The notes beneath the pieces were generated by a model, which saw nothing but the letters and a program-made list of their open reading frames with translations, made no database searches and was not told where the DNA came from. Made by a program: the position numbers and the translations under genes. Shown in pieces: positions 28,797 to 35,342 of a stretch of 37,354 bases of DNA (positions within the stretch are counted from its first letter, which is position 1; every line of letters begins with the position of its first letter). Source of the DNA: a virus (Duplodnaviria; Caudoviricetes); the IMG/VR virus record IMGVR_UViG_3300027715_000019, positions 1 to 37,354 of that record. One strand, given 5' to 3'.

Positions 28797-29033
28797 ATGA
28801 AACGGTATTTTTTTCACGGGGATAAGTCAGACAGCGAGATTGATTCGTATTACTGCCGAGGCTGTGATGCCTTTGTCGGTGCAGAACATTTTCAAAAGAC
28901 GAGTCACGATCTCACTCATGAACAACTGCTTAACTCGTCCTACGAGTATTTCAAGCTCTATTCAAAGACTGAGTGGCATCGGCCAAAGAGCGTGATAAAT
29001 CTTTTGGAGACCCCCGTAGGCAAATCTCGATAA
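28797..29033 (+). CDS. Small antisense-oriented protein with CxxC and His residues
   Basis: GAGGAG RBS, protein-like composition, lower GC; overlaps a minus ORF convergently. Confidence 0.5.
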   Translation: MKRYFFHGDKSDSEIDSYYCRGCDAFVGAEHFQKTSHDLTHEQLLNSSYEYFKLYSKTEWHRPKSVINLLETPVGKSR

Positions 29034-29217
29034 CGGCCTCTTTACCGTCCAGCATTTTCAATGTCTCTTCCGATGGGTCTATCTCGATCGCCTTTTCCGG
29101 ATATTCAGATCCAATGAAGGAAACAGTCACGCCGAGAGGGCGTAATGCTTTTGCGATAGCGGCGGCAAATATCGGTCTCGCTTCACCTTGATTGCCTATT
29201 ATTTTGATGGTTGCCAT
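28951..29217 (-). CDS. Hypothetical protein
   Basis: GGAG RBS, in the early operon direction. Confidence 0.55.
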   Translation of the reverse strand: MATIKIIGNQGEARPIFAAAIAKALRPLGVTVSFIGSEYPEKAIEIDPSEETLKMLDGKEAVIEICLRGSPKDLSRSLADATQSLNRA

Positions 29218-29301
29218 TTCAAATCTCCGTTCTGACGGTGTTGTAGTCCGGCTCGCATCTCCCCGCGTCCGGGGCGCGCCTTCCGGCCAGTCGAGGCCTC
29301 A

Positions 29302-29366
29302 AAGCTGCTGGCGGATTCGAACCGCCCGCGCCGGGTCATGCGGCCCGGTTCTCTCCTGGTGCAGCC
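29302..29366 (-). ncRNA. tRNA-like structure lacking a D-arm
   Basis: Perfect T-arm GGCGG-TTCGAAT-CCGCC, stem CCGGG/CCCGG, acceptor-like GGCTGC/GCAGCT. Confidence 0.45.
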
Positions 29367-29605
29367 GGTGCGTGTTTTTTCTCAACCTGGATCAGGGCCG
29401 CTTCCCAAATGTCGGAGGCTATGACGTTCGTTCCGGCCAGTTCTGCGGCCTCGTCCATGCGCTCATGCAAAACGTGCTGAAACATCGCTGTAACTACGTT
29501 CAGATCAGATTGCGGCATGTATTTAGTTCCGAATAAATACGGGGTCACTAGCGGAAGTATTTCCTGGCACAGCCGCATGTGATGGACGGGGACGTTATTC
29601 ATCAT
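29336..29605 (-). CDS. Hypothetical protein
   Basis: GAGGGGG upstream of ATG 29605/29602; operon context. Confidence 0.6.
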   Translation of the reverse strand: MMNNVPVHHMRLCQEILPLVTPYLFGTKYMPQSDLNVVTAMFQHVLHERMDEAAELAGTNVIASDIWEAALIQVEKKHAPAAPGENRAA

Positions 29606-30059
29606 TGGTTCTGCCCCCTCGCCTCGAACGGCCGTATGCCTTGAGGGCCTTGCGAAATTCATCGATAGACTGTTTCAGGGCTCCGCCGATCGTGCCGGAC
29701 GGATCAAGAACCTTGCCCTGCCTGGAGTGGATTTTCGGGATATTCAATTCGACCAGTTCCCGCCCAAACGCCGTGAGAGTGGCTGGCTGTTCAATCCGTT
29801 CTCGGCTGCACCAGATCAGGTATGCCTGATATAGGTCTGATGACAGACAGCAGATCCTCGGGATCGGAAGCCGATCATCATTCCACCGATCGATGAAACA
29901 GGCCACAGACTCGTGCCTGATGCCGGCGCTGATCTTCACACCGAATTCCCTGGCAGCCTTGATAGCTGCACGACGCAGGGTGGATTCCGGTATGCCGAAA
30001 TCGCGGAGTAATTCGAGAGCCTGCCTGGTTTCCTCGATGGATGCGGGCGGTGTCTTCAT
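29595..30059 (-). CDS. Stand-alone primase C-terminal winged-helix-like protein
   Basis: SSDLYQAYLIWC...PATLTAFGR aligns by eye with primase SRQVYALYCLWC...PVTETRFGR; GAGGAG RBS. Confidence 0.75.
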   Translation of the reverse strand: MKTPPASIEETRQALELLRDFGIPESTLRRAAIKAAREFGVKISAGIRHESVACFIDRWNDDRLPIPRICCLSSDLYQAYLIWCSRERIEQPATLTAFGRELVELNIPKIHSRQGKVLDPSGTIGGALKQSIDEFRKALKAYGRSRRGGRTNDE

Positions 30060-30074
30060 TTCTCTCTCCTCAAT

Positions 30075-30308
30075 TTAGAATGGCGATTTACTGGTGACGA
30101 CTCCGGCCCTGATGAGCTTGACAACCTCATCCCGCGAAAAGAGAGGCCGCTTTCCCCCCGGGATGCGGGAAGAATCCTCAAGAAGATCGCGGACATGCTT
30201 GTCAACGTGGTCTGTGCCGCATCCGAGAAAGATCGCCAGTTCCTCACGAGTGAGCCAGGGCTTTGTTGCAATCGCGGCTCCCCTGATGACTGCATCTTCG
30301 TAGGTCAT
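30075..30308 (-). CDS. Excisionase-like HTH protein
   Basis: WLTREELAIFLGC...RPLFSRDEV. Confidence 0.7.
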   Translation of the reverse strand: MTYEDAVIRGAAIATKPWLTREELAIFLGCGTDHVDKHVRDLLEDSSRIPGGKRPLFSRDEVVKLIRAGVVTSKSPF

Positions 30309-30475
30309 TTCGAGGCTACCTGCGGGATGAGCCGCTCAGTCAGCGCCTCGATGGCTACTGCGGACATTGACCGGTTGCTCTCTATGCTTACCCGCTCGAT
30401 TTCGGCTTTCAGTGCCGGCGGCAACCGGAGCGTAAACGAGAACGTCAGCGCTGCTGGAGCTTTTACTTTTTTCAT
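30305..30475 (-). CDS. Arc-like ribbon-helix-helix regulator
   Basis: FTLRLPPALKAEIERVSIESNRSMSAV; AAGGAGG RBS before ATG 30475. Confidence 0.8.
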   Translation of the reverse strand: MKKVKAPAALTFSFTLRLPPALKAEIERVSIESNRSMSAVAIEALTERLIPQVASK

Positions 30476-30491
30476 TGCGTCCTCCTTGCGG

Positions 30492-30725
30492 ATAAAAGAT
30501 GAGCCCCGAGGGTGAGCAAGCACCCCCAGGGCTCATCACACATGCAGGCACGAAGCCCGCGAGTGTGCTATAGTGAACGCCTCCGGCTTGCTCCGGGGGC
30601 GTCCGGCGATTCGTCGTCGGCCGTGTGGTTTGGCCGCTTCTGACTCTTGGCAGGGATGGAAGCGGCCCTTTAATTTCCCTTGACTTTATTCAAGTCGCGG
30701 TTCATGTTTTGAAGTAACTGATTAC
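30492..30725 (-). ncRNA. Structured early-operon leader RNA ending in a terminator
   Basis: Five consecutive hairpins; G-U pairs favour the minus strand; last hairpin is 17 bp followed by TTTTAT. Confidence 0.65.
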
Positions 30726-30731
30726 ATAAAG

Positions 30732-30760
30732 ATAATATCAGGTTAGCTAACATTTGTCAA
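30732..30760 (-). promoter_or_regulatory. Early lytic promoter with candidate operator
   Basis: TTGACA-17 bp-TATTAT; palindrome GTTAGCTAAC (30742-30751) in the spacer and a related copy near 30767-30780. Confidence 0.75.
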
Positions 30761-30793
30761 ATATTATTAGTTTAGCCTATAGAGAGGGTTTGC

Positions 30794-31471
30794 ATGAACC
30801 TAGGACAGCGAATCAAGCATCACAGGAAGAGGATAGGGAAAACTCAAACTGAAATAGCTGAATTGGTCGGCACTTCCCAGGAAACAATATCGACTTGGGA
30901 AAGAAATGTTTACGAGCCTTCCCAGGAAGATATCAATAAGCTTGCCGCTATATTCGGCGTGACAGTCCACGATCTCATTCCGCTAGACACAGATACCAGA
31001 GAAGAAAAAAATGAAGCTCCTGGCGCCGCACAGGATAGCAGCCTGACGACCGGCGCTGGCATCGTCCGCATTCCCTTTTACGACGTCAAAGCCTCGGCTG
31101 GCCATGGCTGTTTCGCAGACACAGAAAAAGTCGAGACATATCTAGCCATGCAAGAAGAAATAATCAGAGCGGTGTTGCCAGGAAACCCGTCCCGCCTGGC
31201 CATTATCCAGGCATCTGGTGACTCGATGGAGCCGACTATTATGTCGGGAGAGATGTTGATACTGGACACGCAGGAGAAGAAAGTCGGGGTTGACGGGCTT
31301 TACGTGATCAGGCTGAACGACGCCATAGCCGTTAAACGCGTCCAGCAAATATCCGGCGGGCAGGTGAATGTCATATCGGATAACCCGCGATACAAAGAAC
31401 AGCACTTGACGACGGAGGAAATCATTGTGTGCGGGCGCGTTGTTGCGGTTGCGTCGGTGAGGAAGGCGTGA
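30794..31471 (+). CDS. CI-like repressor (XRE HTH plus S24 peptidase)
   Basis: TQTEIAELVGTSQETISTWE; ASAGHG cleavage site, SGDSMEP, VKRV. Confidence 0.93.
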   Translation: MNLGQRIKHHRKRIGKTQTEIAELVGTSQETISTWERNVYEPSQEDINKLAAIFGVTVHDLIPLDTDTREEKNEAPGAAQDSSLTTGAGIVRIPFYDVKASAGHGCFADTEKVETYLAMQEEIIRAVLPGNPSRLAIIQASGDSMEPTIMSGEMLILDTQEKKVGVDGLYVIRLNDAIAVKRVQQISGGQVNVISDNPRYKEQHLTTEEIIVCGRVVAVASVRKA

Positions 31472-31492
31472 CAGCTGGCAGGAGAAGAAACA

Positions 31493-31705
31493 ATGGAAGT
31501 CCTCATCCCGGTTGCGGTATTGCTTATAGCGTTTATATTGTGTTCAATATTGATATTCTTTGTTTTTCGAGAATTGATCCTCTGGTATTGGCGTATCAAT
31601 GAGGCTGTAGACGCTATAATCGAAACAAAGAACAGCATCAAGGTCATCAGGCAGTTCTGCGACAACGAAGCGCAATCAAAATCAGCTAAATATACAGAGA
31701 AATAA
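31493..31705 (+). CDS. Small membrane protein
   Basis: AGGAG RBS; N-terminal hydrophobic helix then RELILWYW. Confidence 0.75.
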   Translation: MEVLIPVAVLLIAFILCSILIFFVFRELILWYWRINEAVDAIIETKNSIKVIRQFCDNEAQSKSAKYTEK

Positions 31706-31744
31706 TAAATATGAAGCTACTGGACTCATTCAAGGAGAGTAGCA

Positions 31745-31990
31745 ATGCTTGCGATTATTGGTTTTCTTTGTTGGGCTTCTGGGGTTTTGATCTGGGTTGG
31801 CAGCGCCAGCGCTATTCATGAGATATTGGCGGCGGTCATCGTCCTGAATGGCACTGTTCTCGTAGCCGCGAATCAGATCACGTCGTATCTCAGCAGTTGT
31901 ATCGAGGCCATCCGGTCATCTGGACCCAAGGCCGACCCGTGGAAGGACATGAGTAGCAAACCTTCTGGCAACTCCCTGCTTGGCAGCTGA
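31745..31990 (+). CDS. Small two-helix membrane protein
   Basis: AAGGAG RBS; two hydrophobic segments. Confidence 0.7.
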   Translation: MLAIIGFLCWASGVLIWVGSASAIHEILAAVIVLNGTVLVAANQITSYLSSCIEAIRSSGPKADPWKDMSSKPSGNSLLGS

Positions 31991-31994
31991 GACT

Positions 31995-32264
31995 ATGGAT
32001 ATAGCAGCGGGGTCCGTTTCCCTTGTCTTTGTTTTACTCATCACCTTCTTAATCTTCTGGGTCTGTCGGGAGCTGATTCTATGGTATTGGAAAATCACCG
32101 AGGCCGTCGGGCTCCTGGCCGATATACGGAATGACCTGAAAACGATCCGGCTTTCCCTGGACGACGATGCAAAAATGCGCCTTCAGGTTCCACCGCCAGG
32201 GGTCGTATACAGCAACTCCCGGATGAAACTCCCCGATGCGGTCATGCCGGTTTTTAAGGACTGA
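31995..32264 (+). CDS. Small membrane protein, paralog of 31493..31705
   Basis: Hydrophobic helix then RELILWYWKITEAV. Confidence 0.7.
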   Translation: MDIAAGSVSLVFVLLITFLIFWVCRELILWYWKITEAVGLLADIRNDLKTIRLSLDDDAKMRLQVPPPGVVYSNSRMKLPDAVMPVFKD

Positions 32265-32289
32265 GGCTCGAGCTTTTTCGCCGTCTGAC

Positions 32290-32344
32290 TGTATCAAAAT
32301 TGTATCAAAATGGCATGAAAAATGATGAAAAATGATGAAAAATA
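32290..32344. repeat. Integrase arm-type and accessory-factor-type direct repeats
   Basis: TGTATCAAAAT x2 (32290-32311) and ATGAAAAAT(G/A) x3 (32315-32344), 45-100 bp from the att core. Confidence 0.65.
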
Positions 32345-32386
32345 AACAGTGAAACCCGCATAAACACTGCATTCTTGCGGCTCTAA

Positions 32387-32407
32387 TTCAAGTCCCGCTC
32401 CCGGCAC
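32387..32407 (+). other. att core: 3' fragment of a tRNA (probably Leu)
   Basis: TTCAAGT (T loop) CCCGC (T stem) TCCCGGC (acceptor) A C; the 5' part of the tRNA is absent. Confidence 0.8.
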
Positions 32408-33908
32408 TCAAGGTATACGCACGGCCTTCCGAAAGGGGGGCCGTGCTTACTTTCAGGTGATCCTGAAAAACATCGATCCGAAGGCCGATCATTTCAAACG
32501 CGGCCTTGAGGTCAGAGCCCTCGGCGGTAAGCAGCCGCGAACGAGCGACGCCAAGGATCTCCTCGATGTCACCGAGCCCGCTTTGCTCCATGCGCTTCGT
32601 GGCGTCGGCTGTTTCCTCGATCTCTCCGAGCGACGTCATCACCTTTGCCCGGTCCTCCTGCAGGGAAGTCAGCTTCGGTTTCACCAGGTCGCGGGGAAGC
32701 TCTCCCAGGGAAAGCTCAGTGAGCAGCGTTTCGATTTGTCGCTCGAGCGTGGCAAGCCGTCGTTTCAGGGCTGGTATTTCCTGCACCCTGGTCTTCACCT
32801 GAGCCGTCGAATCGGCGACATACTCCCGGACGGCCTCTTCCATCGCTTCCCTGGTGAGAAGTTTTTCGACCAGGACGCGGCGGATCTGGCCGACCAGTTT
32901 GCTCTCCTCGGGCCAGTTCGTATTGTCGCAGGTATGCCGGTTCCGGTTCGCGCAGCAGAGCCGGTAATCGTTCCTCAGTTTCGATCGCACGATGAATGCT
33001 CCACCACACTTCCCGCAGAAGATCATGCCGGCGAACGGATGAGCGCTTCCGATAGTGCGAATGCTTTTGCGCGTCGAGCTGTTCTCCTCGAGGCGATGCT
33101 GGACGGCCGCCCATGTATCCCGGTCGATGATGACAGGCACCGCGGTATCGCATGCCGCCCCGGCTTCGGCGTTCCATTCCGACCGGCCGTAATAGACCGG
33201 ATACCGGAGCAGGTTGTGGAGCATCGACGGCGACCATGCTGACGCCTTGCGGGGCTTCCACCCGTTTTCCCTGAACTCTGAAATGATCGCCTTCAATCCG
33301 ACGCCATCGAGATACCTGGTGAAGAGATGCCGGACCACCCGGGCCTCGTCGTCGTTGATCTCCAGCTTTGTCCGTTCCTTCCCGGTTTCGGCGTCCATCA
33401 CCCGGATGTTGCGATACCCATACGGGGCCATGCCGCCGTTGCGGAATCCACGGCGGGCGTTCGTGGTCATGCCTGATTTGGTTTCAATGGCCAGGTTCTC
33501 GGAGTAGAACGCGGCAACCGCTTCAACCACCACCTCGAGCAGGCGGCCGGTGGCGGTGTCTGTGTCGATATCCTCGCGGGCGCTGACCACCTTGATGCCA
33601 ATGCGGCGGAGCATGGTCTTGTAAACGCGAGAGGCGGTAACGTCCCGGGCGAACCGGTCGAACTTGCGAACCATCAGCACATCCCAGGGCCGAGGCGCGA
33701 CCTTGGCATCACGGATCATTCGCTGGAAATCCGGGCGGGCCTCGACCTTCCCCGATTGCGCGGTATCAACGTATTCCTCGACGATCGCGCAGCCTGGCCA
33801 GAGCTTGCTGGCCTTGTCAGTGCATTCGATACGCTGGGTCTCGATCGTCGCGTCGTCTTGCTGATCGCTGGAATATCGCAGATACAGGGCAACTTTGGTT
33901 GTGGTCAT
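32388..33908 (-). CDS. Large serine recombinase (integrase)
   Basis: YLRYSS catalytic Ser, FDRFAR, APYGY, YYG, zinc ribbon CGKCG...CCANR...C, coiled coil; AAGGAG RBS. Confidence 0.95.
   Translation of the reverse strand: MTTTKVALYLRYSSDQQDDATIETQRIECTDKASKLWPGCAIVEEYVDTAQSGKVEARPDFQRMIRDAKVAPRPWDVLMVRKFDRFARDVTASRVYKTMLRRIGIKVVSAREDIDTDTATGRLLEVVVEAVAAFYSENLAIETKSGMTTNARRGFRNGGMAPYGYRNIRVMDAETGKERTKLEINDDEARVVRHLFTRYLDGVGLKAIISEFRENGWKPRKASAWSPSMLHNLLRYPVYYGRSEWNAEAGAACDTAVPVIIDRDTWAAVQHRLEENSSTRKSIRTIGSAHPFAGMIFCGKCGGAFIVRSKLRNDYRLCCANRNRHTCDNTNWPEESKLVGQIRRVLVEKLLTREAMEEAVREYVADSTAQVKTRVQEIPALKRRLATLERQIETLLTELSLGELPRDLVKPKLTSLQEDRAKVMTSLGEIEETADATKRMEQSGLGDIEEILGVARSRLLTAEGSDLKAAFEMIGLRIDVFQDHLKVSTAPLSEGRAYTLSAGSGT
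32419..32453 (+). terminator. Terminator-like hairpin downstream of the tRNA fragment, inside the integrase gene
   Basis: GCACGGCCTTCC-GAAA-GGGGGGCCGTGC then TTACTTT; G-U pairs favour the plus strand. Confidence 0.65.
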
Positions 33909-34001
33909 GGTGTCTCTCCTTGGTAAAAACGCCCCGGAGCTGGTCGCGGCCTTGATCGTTGGCCGAGATTACTGTCCGGGGCATAATCGTGCAAAAGCGT
34001 T

Positions 34002-34769
34002 TTATGCCGCGATGGCTTCTCTTATGGTTCGCGAGTCTGAAAGCGGAAGAAGCATCGACACATCCTCGATGCGCTTCAGATCTTCGTCGTGGTAGATGTC
34101 GCGTCGATCATCGTAGATGGTGATCTTCTGATTTTCCCAGGAAGAGAGGTCATACCAGCGCTTGAATATATCGACGGATTTGCTTTGAACCTGGGAAGTA
34201 TTCATTCCGTAAAGAGTCATAATTGCGCTTTCAGTGCTTCTTCCATGAACAAGAAAATCTATTTTTACCGGTTTATTATATTTTCCAGGTATTTCGATGC
34301 CGGATTCGAATTGAAGATCTGTCTCTGCGATGATCTCCTCAACCTCGTCGACAGCCTGAGATTGAATGCTGGCACGCCTGGTGAAATACAGATCGGAAAC
34401 TCTGATGCATGCTTGGCCGAGCCGAAGAATCGACGTTGTCAGTTCTCGCTCGCCTGGAACTTCAAGGGACAGCGCCCCGCCGTCGCTCTTCGCTCCGTAA
34501 ATGCGTAGAACATCCTCGATGATCTGCTGGCGTTTATTCGACGTCCACGGCTTAACCATCGCCGAGATCAGCCATGCGGTCGTCTGACCGAAGTCGGTGA
34601 GGATCAGCTTAGGGAACAACGTCGGGTCGTGCTTCACGAACACATCGATCGACGATCCGTCAGGATACGACAGGCCCGTCTCGATTCGGACATGGCCGAC
34701 TCCGACCTGGTCGATCTGCCGAACGAGCTGGAAGCCAGCCAGTTCCTTCTGAATAGATTCGAATGTCAT
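34002..34769 (-). CDS. DUF1828-like protein with possible PD-(D/E)xK-type C-terminal domain
   Basis: IETGLSYPDGSSIDVFV...LTDFGQT, LRLGQACIRVSDL, IPGKYNKPVKIDF patterns recalled for this family; not searched. Confidence 0.65.
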   Translation of the reverse strand: MTFESIQKELAGFQLVRQIDQVGVGHVRIETGLSYPDGSSIDVFVKHDPTLFPKLILTDFGQTTAWLISAMVKPWTSNKRQQIIEDVLRIYGAKSDGGALSLEVPGERELTTSILRLGQACIRVSDLYFTRRASIQSQAVDEVEEIIAETDLQFESGIEIPGKYNKPVKIDFLVHGRSTESAIMTLYGMNTSQVQSKSVDIFKRWYDLSSWENQKITIYDDRRDIYHDEDLKRIEDVSMLLPLSDSRTIREAIAA

Positions 34770-35200
34770 TATTTTGCACCATCCGGCGGCGTCAGCGTTC
34801 CCGTGTGCTGTATTTTCGCCATATTCAGAAAATAGTCGAAAAGGTCACGAAAAGCCAGATGAGAAACGTGCGAAAAGTCCAGAACATTGTCGGGGAGATT
34901 TCGGTCAGGGCATCGATCCGTCTGGAGAGAATGTTTGTGTGACCGTCCGGATTCCCGGTGATTATGCCCGCCAACGTCCAGTCGACAGATCGGGCCGATC
35001 GGAGTCGAGACGTTGAAGGTGGTCGCGCCGATCTCGGGGTTATACGTGATGGACAGCCGGGCGTCCATATTGCGGTCGTTCTTGATGGCTACTTCGGCGA
35101 TCAACAACGGCGACGCGGCGCGCTTTGCGGTAAATCGAATGTCATCCGTGATGAGCTTCCCAGGGAGGTCTCTGAGTTCTTCAAAGTCTTCGCGATTCAT
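34769..35200 (-). CDS. Hypothetical His-motif protein (DUF6978-like) coupled to the DUF1828-like gene
   Basis: RLDVGGHNH...SHKH motif; TAATG overlap. Confidence 0.6.
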   Translation of the reverse strand: MNREDFEELRDLPGKLITDDIRFTAKRAASPLLIAEVAIKNDRNMDARLSITYNPEIGATTFNVSTPIGPICRLDVGGHNHRESGRSHKHSLQTDRCPDRNLPDNVLDFSHVSHLAFRDLFDYFLNMAKIQHTGTLTPPDGAK

Positions 35201-35264
35201 ATTTCCTCTTCACACTGAATTCTTCACGCTCCATACTTCGCATGGGGCTGGCGACGGAGGAGGC

Positions 35265-35342
35265 CTTTTTCTTGGGCTTTCGGAATGCTCCGATCCAGAT
35301 CCATTTGCAGACGATCCTGGCGGCGTCCTTGCCGGGCGTGAT
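35265..35342 (-). pseudogene. Remnant 3' end of a repressor gene
   Basis: Translates ITPGKDAARIVCKWIWIGAFRKPKKK versus repressor FSPGDETKIVCKGVMVGTFRRPKKK. Confidence 0.65.

Larger units (their letters stand above)
1..32407 (-). mobile_element. Lambda-like temperate prophage (element 1), left end outside the window
   Basis: Contiguous tail, head, terminase, replication/recombination and repressor modules in lambdoid order; ends at a tRNA 3' fragment with arm-type repeats. Confidence 0.93.

Noticed and set aside
3-28825. Many plus-strand ORFs of 60-360 aa (e.g. 1644..2357, 20192..21097, 24126..25208)
   Set aside because: Antisense shadows of well-supported minus-strand genes in GC-rich DNA; no RBS or motifs
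29302-29366. Functional tRNA-Met (CAT in the loop)
   Set aside because: 8-nt loop without U33, no D-stem, acceptor mismatch and no CCA; kept only as tRNA-like
32290-32344. Short repeats as a CRISPR array
   Set aside because: Units are 10-11 bp with no spacers and there are no cas genes
32340-32410. Intact tRNA gene
   Set aside because: Only the T loop to discriminator is present; the 5' T-stem strand, D arm and anticodon arm are missing
32388-33908. Serine integrase as the integrase of element 1
   Set aside because: It lies beyond the att core, is co-oriented with the repressor 2 operon, and the element 1 side carries tyrosine-type arm repeats; not fully excluded
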